Shown: in pieces, positions 20,711-31,214 of the stretch
How the letters are laid out: each line of letters opens with the position of its first letter
Position numbering within the stretch: position 1 is the stretch's first letter
Source: Thermoanaerobaculia bacterium
Lineage (GTDB): Bacteria > Acidobacteriota > Thermoanaerobaculia > Multivoradales > Multivoraceae
Reading direction: 5' to 3'
Assembly (NCBI GenBank): GCA_963664405.1
Contig: OY761158.1
Location: 5,440,001 to 5,504,000 of the forward strand
DNA length: 64,000 bases
Notes under the pieces: generated by a model
Database searches by the model: none
What the model saw: the letters and a program-made list of their open reading frames with translations, nothing else
What the model was told of the DNA's origin: nothing
Translations under genes and position numbers: made by a program

Positions 20711-21090
20711 GTCTCACCTTCGACCGCTTCCCTGCCGGGCTCTGGCGCCGAGCGCCGGACCGAGACGGGGATCGGTGCCGGGTCGGACTCAGAGATCCAA
20801 AGGTCGAGGGAGAGTCTCCACTGTCGTCTTGTGCCCCATCATCGATGGGAGTAACTGACATAAGTCTAGGCCCCCTCCCAGGACCAAAAGAAGAGATGGC
20901 CCACGAGGCCCTGATGGAAGGCTGGTCCCAGCATACGAGGACCCACACACTCACTTCTCATCTCACGAGCTCACCCGCAACAGGAACCGATCCCCGAACC
21001 GGAAGACGCCTCGCGGATCCACTCGGTAGAGGAATAGCCCGCGCTCGATCCCAAGACCTCGAGCGCTCAGGGAAACTCCGTCTTGACATC
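20711..21090 (+). ncRNA. Putative seek/bridge RNA region (extent approximate)
   Basis: CTGTCGTCTT (20821-30) is the revcomp of right flank AAGACGACAG; ATGGAAG (20914-20) matches the element right end. Confidence 0.6.
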
Positions 21091-21101
21091 GATTTCTATG
21101 G

Positions 21102-21176
21102 AAGACGACAGCTCGCCGATTTCGGGGCCTATCGCCTTTCAGCTATTCGTGTCGTGGTCCGCCAGATTCTGCGACA
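21102..21176 (+). other. Right part of S4, 39-bp linker and site S5 (21150-21176)
   Basis: AAGACGACA; TGTCGTGGTCCGCCAGATTCTGCGACA. Confidence 0.8.
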
Positions 21177-21182
21177 CGGTGA

Positions 21183-23888
21183 TCAGTCGGTCGAGGTGAG
21201 TCGTTTCAACTCGTCGAACCAATCGAGAACGACGTTGATGTAAGAAGGCGTCGCTTCCGGAGGCTGGAGCATCAGGAAACGATTGCCGTCGGACGTGACA
21301 TCGTAGTGGGAGACCCCCTTGCCGAGCCGAGGGGCCGGCCATCCGCTGAGGAGAACCTGCGCTGGCTCGAACGTGAAGACAGAGCCGTTGGTCTCGACAG
21401 GAATAACCATGAGGAACTCGCCCTGGCGAAAGAACAGTTCCCGTCCGTCGCGGGACCACACCGGGTCCCGGCCGCCGTTTGCGGAGACCGGAGTGGAACC
21501 TACAGGCTCAGGATACGACGTGACGTGGACCTCCTTTTCGCCCGTCACCTCCGACACGTATGCGATCCATCGCCCGTTCGGCGAGAAGGTCGGCGAGTCC
21601 TCGTTGTGCGGACGCGAGAGAAAATCGCTCGGCCCCCCCTCTTCGAGGATGCCAATGTCCGATCCGGCCGGCGTGGTCTCGAAAAAGGCGAGGGCGTTGC
21701 CATCTAGGCCCCAAGAGGTCGGAAACTGACGGCCTGCCCGCGCCAACAACTGCTCCGGCTCCCTCCCCCCATCGGCCGGCACGAAGTGCAGGTCAAAGTG
21801 CGCGGCTCCCCTGACTGCGGAGAATGTGAGTCCGTTACGCTGCTGGTCCCAGACGGGCGTGAGATTGTATCCGTCGGTGGTCAACAACGTCCGGGTGCCA
21901 CTTTCGACATCGATGACCCAGATGTCGGGCGTAATCGTTACGGCGATCTGATTGCCATCCGCCGATAGACGAGGGGTCTTGTAAGGGGCAAGGCCGTCGA
22001 CAACCGGCGTCACCTGCTGGTTCTGTCGATCGACCCAGACGAGCGTCGTGTCCGTCGCGCCGGAATCTTCCGGCGGGTAGGCGAGCGTTCCGGTGTCGGA
22101 CACCGCGAAATGCGCGCCACCCAGCCCGGCGAGATACGGAACCCTCTCGGTGGTGGGAATGGGAGAGCCACTGGCACTCAGCCGGTCGAGATCAAACGCA
22201 ACCACCATCAAGGCCCCATCCTGGGCATATACAAGATGTCCTGTTTGGACGTAGCGGGCACCGTGGGCATTGGGGAGCACCCAGTCCCATTCATTTGACG
22301 CAAGGGACAAGATCGCGGCTCGCGGCCCGTCGTTGTAGTTGATGGTAAACAGGACGTGCTGACCGCCGGGGAGAATCTGGGGATCGAAGTGCCGAAATTC
22401 CCCCACCGCGGCGTCTGGAAGCGTCAGTCGTTCCGGTACTCCGGCACCTGCTGACACTTTGTAGAGGCCAAACGTGAAATGCGAAAAGATGATGGTGTCA
22501 TCACGCCCCCAGCTCGCGCTCGGGAAGAGCCCGATCGTGTCGCAAATCTTCACGGGGGACCCACCCAAAACCGATACTTTCTGCAGCGTCCTGTTGGCAA
22601 AGAAACCGATCCATTCGCCGTTCGGTGAAAAGAATGGAGCTTGCGCGCCTTCGGTACCCGCGATCGGCTGAGCTTCGAACTCGTCGATCGGGCGGAGAAA
22701 CAGCTGCGTCGATCCACCCCCAGGCTGCGCTGCCGTGTAGACCAGGAGTTGACCATTGGGCGAGATTGCGATGGCACTAACGGCGGCCTCCTCGCCCAAC
22801 GACAGCTCCTGGTCGGGCGGAAGCGCGACAACGAGTCGAGCCGGAGACCGCACCTCGGCCTGCCGCAGGGCCCACCAGGCGCCGGCTCCCGCTCCCACTG
22901 CGAACAGCGCGGTCAGCGCCCATGGGACCAGTCGCTGCCAACGGTGAGCCTGAAGCGGCCGTTCGGCCTGGCGTGCATCAACGGCCGGAGCCGCGAAGGC
23001 ATCACCGATCTCGATCCGCGCGTCGGCCTGAAGCTCATCGCCGACCGCCTGAAGCTCGATCCCGACATCCAGGGCCGACTGCCAGCGTCGCTCGGGGTCT
23101 TTGGCCAGGCAGCGGCTCACAACCCAGTCGAGGCGAGGTGGAGCGATCTCTTGGACCGCCCTCAGCGGTCGAGGCTCCGAGGCCATGATGGCGGTGGTCA
23201 GGGAAGCTTGGTTGTCGCCCTGGAAAGGGCGCTCGCCGGTGACCATCTCGTAGAGCACGCAGCCCAGTGCCCAGATGTCGGTGCGGGCGTCGGTGTCCTT
23301 GCTCTCCAACTGCTCCGGTGCCATGTAGAGCTGCGTACCGAGGATCGAGTCCTGACCGGTGATCGGCTGCATCCTCGTCGGTGACTCTGTGTTGGCCGCC
23401 AATGGCTCCGGCTCGATGCTCTTCGCCAGTCCGAAGTCCAGCACCTTGACGCCGGTCTTCGTCAGCATCACGTTGCCGGGCTTCAGATCCCGATGCACCA
23501 CTCCGGCCTTGTGGGCGGCATCGATCGCTGCACCGATCTGGCTCCCGATCTCTAGCGCCTGAGCGATGGGAAGAGCCCCCTTCTTCAACCCCTTCTCAAG
23601 CGTCTCGCCTTCCACCACCTCCATGACCAGGAAGCGAGTGCTGCCGTCTGTGTCGAAGCTGTAAAGCGTGGCGATGTTCGGGTGATTGAGGCCGGCCAGG
23701 ACCTTGGCCTCGCGCTCGAACCGCGCCATCCTCTCAGGATCCCCGGATACCTCCTCCAATAGCAGCTTGACCGCCACCTCACGACCGAGCTTCGTGTCTT
23801 TCGCTCGGTACACCTCTCCCATGCCTCCCGCACCGAGGGAGGAGACGATCTCGTAGTGGCCCAGGATTGTGCCTGGTTTTAGCTGCAT
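21183..23888 (-). CDS. Ser/Thr kinase-TM-beta-propeller protein 2 (intact)
   Basis: 901 aa; GAGGMG, HRDLKPGN, DFG, APE; TM; PD40-like repeats. Confidence 0.92.
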   Translation of the reverse strand: MQLKPGTILGHYEIVSSLGAGGMGEVYRAKDTKLGREVAVKLLLEEVSGDPERMARFEREAKVLAGLNHPNIATLYSFDTDGSTRFLVMEVVEGETLEKGLKKGALPIAQALEIGSQIGAAIDAAHKAGVVHRDLKPGNVMLTKTGVKVLDFGLAKSIEPEPLAANTESPTRMQPITGQDSILGTQLYMAPEQLESKDTDARTDIWALGCVLYEMVTGERPFQGDNQASLTTAIMASEPRPLRAVQEIAPPRLDWVVSRCLAKDPERRWQSALDVGIELQAVGDELQADARIEIGDAFAAPAVDARQAERPLQAHRWQRLVPWALTALFAVGAGAGAWWALRQAEVRSPARLVVALPPDQELSLGEEAAVSAIAISPNGQLLVYTAAQPGGGSTQLFLRPIDEFEAQPIAGTEGAQAPFFSPNGEWIGFFANRTLQKVSVLGGSPVKICDTIGLFPSASWGRDDTIIFSHFTFGLYKVSAGAGVPERLTLPDAAVGEFRHFDPQILPGGQHVLFTINYNDGPRAAILSLASNEWDWVLPNAHGARYVQTGHLVYAQDGALMVVAFDLDRLSASGSPIPTTERVPYLAGLGGAHFAVSDTGTLAYPPEDSGATDTTLVWVDRQNQQVTPVVDGLAPYKTPRLSADGNQIAVTITPDIWVIDVESGTRTLLTTDGYNLTPVWDQQRNGLTFSAVRGAAHFDLHFVPADGGREPEQLLARAGRQFPTSWGLDGNALAFFETTPAGSDIGILEEGGPSDFLSRPHNEDSPTFSPNGRWIAYVSEVTGEKEVHVTSYPEPVGSTPVSANGGRDPVWSRDGRELFFRQGEFLMVIPVETNGSVFTFEPAQVLLSGWPAPRLGKGVSHYDVTSDGNRFLMLQPPEATPSYINVVLDWFDELKRLTSTD

Positions 23889-23949
23889 GAATTGAGCAGC
23901 ATCTTACTCGCCGCCTCTGGGATCTACCGCTCAGAGGCTGAATCTGGCG

Positions 23950-24042
23950 TGGCGTCTTCCACCATGAAAGACGACAGCCCCTCTGCTCAGAGGCTCATCT
24001 GCTTTCAGCTATACGTGTCGTCCTTCGCCACATTTCACGACA
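23950..24042 (+). other. Site pair S6 (23950-76) and S7 (24016-42) with 39-bp linker
   Basis: TGGCGTCTTCCACCATGAAAGACGACA; TGTCGTCCTTCGCCACATTTCACGACA. Confidence 0.8.
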
Positions 24043-24050
24043 TGCTTCGC

Positions 24051-26728
24051 TCAGTCGGTGGGAACCAGACGCTGCAGCTCCTCGAACCAGTTCTGGACCA
24101 GGACGACGTGACTGCTCGAGCCCCCCTCGGTCGTCTCCGCCGGTTTGACCATCAGGAACCTCTGACCGTCAGGGTGGATGTCGTACATGCGGCCGATTCT
24201 GACGGCATAGCTCCCCGTGAAGAGCTCCTGTGGGCTCCCAGCCTCGAACGCGGGCTCGGTTGTGACCGGCACTGCCATCAGCCGATCGCCGGCACGATAG
24301 AAGATCTCGCTCCCGTCGGGCGACCATAGCGGTTCGCTGCCACCGCCCGCTGAGATCGGGAAGCGACCGCCGTCGACCTCAGGGAATGGCCTCACATAGA
24401 TCTCGTCCTCGCCTGATTCGTCCGACTGGTAGGCCAGGAAACGACCGTCGGGTGAGATCTCTCCACTCCGCTCATTGATATCCGTGGCGAGAAGCAGCTG
24501 TGGCGCTCCCTCGCCTTCCAGCGACAGCACCCCCAGATCGAATCCCCCCCCTGCGCCGACGCGGTAGACGAGAAGCTTGCCATCGGGAGAGATCGACGAG
24601 GGAAATAGACTGTCTGGGCTGTCGGTGAGAGGCCTTACAGCGCCCGTACCGTCAGCCGCCCTCTGGTAGACGTCGAAGGTCCCGCCACGAACCGAGCTGT
24701 ACACCACTTCGCGGCTGTCAGGAGTCCAGATCGAATACATGTCTGGTCCCGGATCGCGGGTCAACCGGTCCAGGGTCTCCCGACCGAGATCCCAGATCCA
24801 CACATCCTGTTCTTCATCCTGGGAAGAGACCGCTACCCGCTGTCCATCCGGAGAGATGCGGGGAAGCAGGTAGGGCCGAATCGGGGCCAAGAGGGCCTCC
24901 TCCCTCCCGTCCCGTCCCACCCAGACCAGGGCCGTCTGCACCCCTCCCCCTGCGCCACCCGTGACGTACACCAAGGATCCGTCCTGCGAGAAGTCGAAGT
25001 TCACAGCACCTGTGGGCTTCGTGCCGACGCCTTCCAAGACGGGCACCGGATTTCCCCGGACCTCAAGACTTCCTGCATCGAAGGCCACCGCACGTAACGT
25101 ACCGCTCACTCCATAGACCAGGTGCCCAGTGGGCACGTACCGGGCGCCGGCCCCTCCAGAGACCAGGACCTTCCGCTCCCCGGTGGCGAGAGATAGGGCC
25201 ACGATCTGCGTCTGCTCGACGTTCGCGCTCGTAAATACCGTGAAAAGGACGGCCTCGCCGCCGGGTAGTACATCGGGGAAGCGATAGCTACTCTCTCCTC
25301 TCTCGGGATCTGGCGCTACCAGCAGCTCCGGCTCGCCGCCTCCCCCCGACATCCGATAGAGGCCCTCGGAGATGGAGCTGAAGATGATGGTGTCGTCCGC
25401 GCCCCAGCTCACACCGGGGAGAATGCCGCCGGGTATGTCGGCCAAGGTCACGATTGGTCCCCCGAGAATGGAGACCTTCTTGAGAGTTCCGCCGGATGCG
25501 AAGCCGACCCAGGCCCCGTCAGGTGAGAGGAAAGGAGTCCTCGCGCCCTCCGTGCCTTCCAGGTGGGACCCGACGAGGCTGCCCACGTGGCGAACATAGA
25601 GAGAGCCTCCGCTCTGGTAGACCACCGCACGACCGTCGGTTGTCACCGCCAGATCGCGCCCGTTTGGGAGAACGCTCACCGGCGCGCTGGGAGCGGCGCT
25701 CAGCACCGAGCGAACCACGGGGCGCTCGGTCGGCAGTGGAGCAGGCTTCAGCATCCAGACTGCGCTGGCGATCACTGCGACGGCAGCGAGGGCGGCGAGA
25801 ATGAGGGGGACGGGACTGCGCTTCTCCGCCATAACCGCCCCGGGGGTCTCCTCGTCCTCCGGAGCCGCCATGACTTCTTCGATCTCGATGCGGGCATCAC
25901 CGATATCGTGCAGCCTCTGCCTTGGGTCCTTGCTGAGACACCGCCGCAACAGTTCTCTGAGCTTTCTGGGCGTGTCGCCAGGGAGCCCTTCCCAGCCCGG
26001 GTCAGACTTGAGCACCGACGCCAAGGTGGTGGAAGCGTCCTCGCCCTCGAAGACTCGCTTGCCGCTCAGCGCCTCGAACAGACAGACCCCGAAGGCCCAC
26101 ACATCGGCGCGCTTATCGACGGTCTTTCCTCGCGCCTGCTCGGGAGCCATGTAGGCGGCTGTGCCGAGAATCTGACCCCGTTGAGTTGCTGCAAGAGTGA
26201 GGGTCGGAGATTCGGACAAGCGCCCTCTCCGGTGGCACTAGCTTCCACAGCCATCGCCTTGGCCAACCCGAAATCGAGGAGCTTCACGGCACCCTCGTCC
26301 GACACTTTGATGTTCGCGGGCTTCAGATCGCGATGGATGACGCCCTTCTCGTGGGCTGCCTCCAGCCCCTCAGCGATCTGCAAGAAGACGGGCAATGCTT
26401 CGTCGACTGGCATGGCTCCTCTCTTGATGCGATCCGCTAGAGTCTCGCCCTCCACCAGTTCCATGACCAGGAAGCTGGTGTCGCCTTCCCGCTCGAAGGC
26501 GTGAAGGCTGGCGATGTTCTTGTGGTTGAGCGAGGCCAGAACCCGCGCCTCCCGCTCGAGGCGAGCTAGGCGCTCCGGGTCAGAGGAGACCTCGTCAAGC
26601 AGGAGTTTGACCGCCACCTCGCGCCCGAGCTTCGTGTCGCGAGCTCGGTAGACCTCTCCCATGCCCCCGGCACCGAGGGAGGAGACCACTTCGTAGTGGC
26701 CGAGGCGAGTGCCAGCTTCTAGCGCCAT
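24051..26728 (-). CDS. Ser/Thr kinase-TM-beta-propeller protein 3 (1-nt frameshift near 26220)
   Basis: ORFs 26066-26728 and 24051-26219 join after DFG into one kinase-propeller protein. Confidence 0.88.
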
Positions 26729-26787
26729 GACTTGGTGACATCTTACCCGTCGCCCGGGGGATCAGCGGCTCAGAGCTCGATCTGTGC

Positions 26788-26880
26788 TGTCGCACCTCAC
26801 CGAATTTCACGACAGCCCCTTCTCTCAGAGGGTTATCTGCTTTCGGCTATACCTGTCGCAGAGCGCCAGGGATTGCGACA
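26788..26880 (+). other. Site pair S8 (26788-814) and S9 (26854-880) with 39-bp linker
   Basis: TGTCGCACCTCACCGAATTTCACGACA; TGTCGCAGAGCGCCAGGGATTGCGACA. Confidence 0.8.
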
Positions 26881-26923
26881 GACAGTGGCAGCTCTGTCGG
26901 CCCCTACTCTGGAGGGAGAGATC

Positions 26924-27385
26924 CTATTTGCGCTCATGAACAAGATCGATTTGGAACTCGCGGCGAATCTCTGCGAGCGGCCGGCTCAAGAAGGTGTCGA
27001 AGTTGGACCAAGGCCACTTGGCCGGCATGCGATGACCTCGCCACGCAGCCTTGACGAGGATCGGTACTGACCTGGCGAAGGTGACCAAAGCTGTCCGCCA
27101 GCCAACCTTTGCCATGATGTCTTTGTGCTCCTCGACCCTGAAGAAGCCAAGAAACTGACGGATGCTCACAGAGGTACCGAAGAGCGTCCATGTGTCCGTC
27201 AAGGCCTCGCCAGCCAGGCTAGTGCTACAGCCGAACAAGACATGGGCCGTGTCGTGGCACCGAAAGAACTCAGCGCCGAGTCCTCCGGGATCTCGGGCTG
27301 AGGCGAGCCCTGGGTTTGCAGCCCAATACTCCATCAGCCCCTCGGCCAGAGTCTGCCGTGATTCCTGCTCCTGATACCTTGGCAA
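26924..27385 (-). CDS. Hypothetical protein with Coq4-like HDxxH motif
   Basis: HDTAHVLFG..SLAGEA; C-terminal RPLAEIRREF; AAGGAG RBS. Confidence 0.6.
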   Translation of the reverse strand: MPRYQEQESRQTLAEGLMEYWAANPGLASARDPGGLGAEFFRCHDTAHVLFGCSTSLAGEALTDTWTLFGTSVSIRQFLGFFRVEEHKDIMAKVGWRTALVTFARSVPILVKAAWRGHRMPAKWPWSNFDTFLSRPLAEIRREFQIDLVHERK

Positions 27386-27481
27386 GGCCGAACTCTCCTT
27401 CGCGGAGCTCTCACGCCATCAACCAGCGCGTAGTCTAGCGTCCGACCACAGCAATAGGACGCTCTTTCGGCACGCCCTCAC

Positions 27482-27508
27482 TGTCGTAGTGCGCCACATT
27501 TCGCGACA
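27482..27508 (+). other. Site S10
   Basis: TGTCGTAGTGCGCCACATTTCGCGACA. Confidence 0.8.
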
Positions 27509-27512
27509 CCAT

Positions 27513-27571
27513 TCAGTCGGTGGGCCGCGTGGCGTTTCAACTCGTCGAAGCAGTTGAGGACGACATAGCTG
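27513..27571 (-). pseudogene. 3'-terminal remnant of another kinase-propeller gene
   Basis: YVVLNCFDELKR..PTD* matches paralog tails such as VLNWAEELK/VLDWFDELKR..PTD*. Confidence 0.65.
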
Positions 27572-27586
27572 CAATGCTTAAGCCGC

Positions 27587-28054
27587 TTAGAGATCCAGCA
27601 ATGGTCCTACGATCTCCATGTTGTACTTCTCGGCCAATTCTTCGGCTTTGGCAACGTAAGCTTCTGTGTCCGTGACATCCAGATCAACCGCCTCGTCAAA
27701 GAACTGCTCGAATCCTGGTGGAGAAATGATGGCGAGTAATTTGGCAGGTTCCTGCCCGGCGCGACACCAGGCGTGAACCGTTCCCCTGGGGATGAGGACG
27801 AAAGAACCAGCTTTCGCTATAGAAGTGGTTTCTCCCAACAGTACTTTGACCTCTCCCTCCAAGACGTAGAAGGCTTCCTCCTCGGTTTTGTGTATATGCT
27901 GTGGCGGTCCGTCGCCGGTTAGCTCGATCTCCAAAAGTGAGTACGCACCACCGGTGTCTGCACCAACCACCTTAAGCGTTATCTCGTGGCCTGGCACTGG
28001 AACTGTCTTGCCCTCTCCTGGGCCGAGTACAACATTCCCATCGTCAATAGACAT
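27587..28054 (-). CDS. Cupin domain protein
   Basis: PPQHIHKTEEEAFYVLEG, PRGTVHAW; AAGGAG RBS. Confidence 0.9.
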   Translation of the reverse strand: MSIDDGNVVLGPGEGKTVPVPGHEITLKVVGADTGGAYSLLEIELTGDGPPQHIHKTEEEAFYVLEGEVKVLLGETTSIAKAGSFVLIPRGTVHAWCRAGQEPAKLLAIISPPGFEQFFDEAVDLDVTDTEAYVAKAEELAEKYNMEIVGPLLDL

Positions 28055-28224
28055 ACATTGTTCTCCTTAGTTCTCCCATGGAACACAAAAGATTGGGACT
28101 GACGGCTTTGGTGAATCAGGCCTGGGCGACCATCGCAACCATCCACTTTAGATGAGTGAACAGGAGTATACGTCTGCGCCGGGTCTGGTCCCGCTACCCT
28201 TCTGGTGGGGGACCCGATTCGCGC

Positions 28225-28316
28225 CGTCGTAATGCGCCGAATTTCACGACACACCTCTGCTCGAAGGCTTATCTGCTTCCGGCTATGCGTGTCGCGGTCC
28301 GCCACATTTCACGACA
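28225..28316 (+). other. Site pair S11 (28225-51) and S12 (28290-316) with 38-bp linker
   Basis: CGTCGTAATGCGCCGAATTTCACGACA; TGTCGCGGTCCGCCACATTTCACGACA. Confidence 0.8.
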
Positions 28317-28326
28317 CGCCTTCGCC

Positions 28327-31000
28327 TCACGAGCCCCCCTCGGAGAACATCTCGAGCACCTTGGCCCGCCAGTTCTGGACGAAGACTAGACGCTCCTCCT
28401 CGGCCTCTGCCGCCTGGATCATGAGGAAGCGACCGTCGGGGTGGATGGCGTAGTTCTGGAAGCTCAAGGGTGTGCGCAGGTAATCATCCACGAAGAGTGG
28501 CTCGGGACGCCGGGGGGACGAAGCGCTCGCCGGAGATCTCGACCGGGAGCGTCATCATGTGGGTCGGGCTGCGGTAGAGGATCTCGCTGCCTTCGGGGGA
28601 GAAATCGGGCTCCCCGCCGCCGTCGAAGGTGAGCTGGCGCGGCTCGCCGGGACCGGGGAAGGGCCGGATCCAGACGTTCTCCTGTCCCTGAATCACCACC
28701 GAGTAGGCGATCCAACGTCCGGCGGGGTGGAAGCGGGCGGCGGGGACCACGTTCCCCTCGAGGAGGGTCTCGGACTCTCCGCTCTCCCGGTCGAAGATCC
28801 AGAGTCCGGAGACATCGATGTTCGTGTAGAGCATGTAGCGCCCGTCCGGGGAGAAATCCAGCGGTACCTGCGGGTGCTCCGACGGTACGAGCCGCTCCGC
28901 CGGGGCACTGCGATCGGCAGGCTGGATGTAGAGCTGAAAGCGTCCCTCGAGGCGATCCGACATGAAGACGATCTCCTGGCCGTCGGGGGGCACCCACATC
29001 AAGCCAGCGTTGCGATTCCCCTCCTGGGTCGGGCGGGTCCAGGAGCCGGTCCCGAGGTTGAGCATCCACTGCTCTAAGTCCCCCCTGGCGTTGCGGGCGC
29101 CCACCGAGATCCGGCGCCAGTCCTGGGAGTGTCGCGGCGACGCGAAAGGCTTGCGCTCCGGCGCCACCTCCTCGATGTCCCGGCCGTCCCGACTCACCCA
29201 AACCAGCCGGGACACGCTCCGACTCCCGAGAACGTAGAGCAGGTCGCCCGAGTCGGCGAGCGCGAAGCGGCCCCTATCGACGCCAACGCCGAGGAGCGGC
29301 GCCACCCCGTTCTCGACCTGACGCGCCGGGCCGAGGAGGGCGGCGGTCTCGGGATCGATCGGCGCCGCCCACAGTCCGCCCTCGCGATAGAAAACCAAAA
29401 CCCCCGGATCGAGATAGAACGGCTGCGCCCCAGGGAGGAGAACCCGTTCCTTGCCAGTCTCGAGGTCCACCGCCTGAACATCGCTCCAGAAGCCCTCCTG
29501 ACGCTCGGATCTCAAGTGGGCCAGGACGACCCTCTCACCAGGCAGAAGCGCGGTGCCGATGCCATGCCCCACCTGCTCGGAAACACCCCCGTCCGCCGGA
29601 ATCCGCCATAGCTCGCGAGACGTGGGGCTTCCTATCTCAGGAGTGTAGTAGAGGAAGCCATCGCGCCCCCAGACACCGGTCCTGCGGATCCCTTCCACCA
29701 GAGCGCTGGCGCCTCCACCCCCCACGGGAAGCGTCTTCAGACTGCCCCCGGCCACGAAAGCAAGCTGCTGGCCGTCGGGCGAGAAGATCGGGCGGAGGGC
29801 ACCGTCGCTGCCGGAGATGCGATCGGCAACCAGGGAGTCGAGAGAGCGCCGGTAGAGGCTGGTCTCGGCTCCCTCGCGACGGCCGAAGACCACCATCCGA
29901 CCGTCCGGGGAGAGCACGAAGGGCTGATCCGGAGTTGCCTCGAGGTCGAGAGCCGTGACCGTCCAGGTGTCGGCCGAAGTGGCGTCGCTGGCCACGTTCT
30001 CCTCCCCACCACGGTCCAGGACGTAGCCGAGGGCGAGACCGACCACCAGGGCGAGGAGGGCGAGTGCTCCGGCGAGGACCGCCGACACCGGTCGCCTGGT
30101 AGGCGCCGCCTCGCCACCGGCTGGCGCGTCGATGTCCGGCTGCTCGAGCACTCCTCGGATCTCGATCCGGACGTCGGCGATGTCGTGAAGGCGCTCCCGC
30201 GGGTCCCTCGTCAGACACCGTCGGAGCAGTGTCCTGATCGGCCTCGGCGTCGCCGGGGGGAGCTTGCCCCAGTCGATCTCCGCTCTGAGCACCGCTGCCA
30301 GCGTGTCGGCGGCATCGTCGCCGCGGAACGCCCTCGATCCCGTCAGCGTCTCGTAGAGACACACGCCGAAGGCCCAGACGTCGGCCCTTCTATCGACCTC
30401 TTTCCCCTTGGCTTGCTCAGGCGACATGTAGGCCGCCGTGCCGAGGATCTGGCCTCGGAGCGTGGCCGCCTGGGTCAGCGTGGGCGATTCCGAAGGGTCG
30501 CTCTCCGGCCCCGTCGCCGGAGCCATTGCCTTGGCCAGACCGAAGTCAAGAATCTTGACGTTGCCGTCGTCGGTGACCTTGATGTTCGCGGGTTTGAGAT
30601 CCCGGTGGATCACTCCCTTCTCATGGGCTGCCTCGAGGCCCTCGGCGATTTGGAGAAACAGAGGGATCGCCTCATCGACGGGAATCGGGCCGTGAGCGAT
30701 CCGATCGGCCAGAGTCTCACCCTCCACCAGTTCCATGACCAGGAAGCCCGTGTCACCTTCCCGCTCGAAGGCGTGGAGGCTGGCGATGTTCTTGTGGTTG
30801 AGCGAGGCGAGAACTCGCGCCTCCCGCTCGAAGCGAGCTAGACGCTCCGGGTCAGAGGAGACCTCGTCGAGCAGGAGTTTGACCGCTACCTCGCGACCGA
30901 GCTTCGTATCCTTCGCTCGATACACTTCTCCCATGCCTCCTGCACCGAGGGAGGAGAGCACTTCGTAGTGGCCGAGGCGAGTGCCAGCTTCTAGAGCCAT
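28327..31000 (-). CDS. Ser/Thr kinase-TM-beta-propeller protein 4 (frameshift at G6 run 28512-28517)
   Basis: Kinase motifs intact; tail [23 protein letters not shown] continues in another frame to 28327. Confidence 0.85.
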
Positions 31001-31060
31001 TGACTTGGCGACATCATACCCGTCGCCCGGGGGATCAGCGGCTCAGAGCTCGATCTGTGC

Positions 31061-31130
31061 TGTCGCACCTCACCCAAAAGTGCGACAGCGGGAGGCTTAT
31101 TCGCTTCGAGCTATTCTTGTCGTAGTCCCA
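31061..31130 (+). other. Site S13 (31061-87), 30-bp linker and half-site S14 (from 31118)
   Basis: TGTCGCACCTCACCCAAAAGTGCGACA; TGTCGTAGTCC without a right arm. Confidence 0.75.
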
Positions 31131-31214
31131 AGGGGTCCCTGTGGCTCATGCAGCTTGGTGGCGTCTCTGCCCGAAGTCGGCGGACAGAGCTGCTCTTGCG
31201 GCCAGTGTTCGGGT

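Larger units (their letters stand above)
19541..21104 (+). mobile_element. IS110-family (IS1111-type) element inserted in site S4
   Basis: Subterminal IRs CATAGAAAT (19545-53) and ATTTCTATG (21092-100); AAG at both junctions; TTGACA at 21083; long 3' non-coding region. Confidence 0.85.

Noticed and set aside
19672-21243. 523-aa ORF as a real protein
   Set aside because: Only the first ~120 aa are transposase; the rest is off-frame read-through across the non-coding region.
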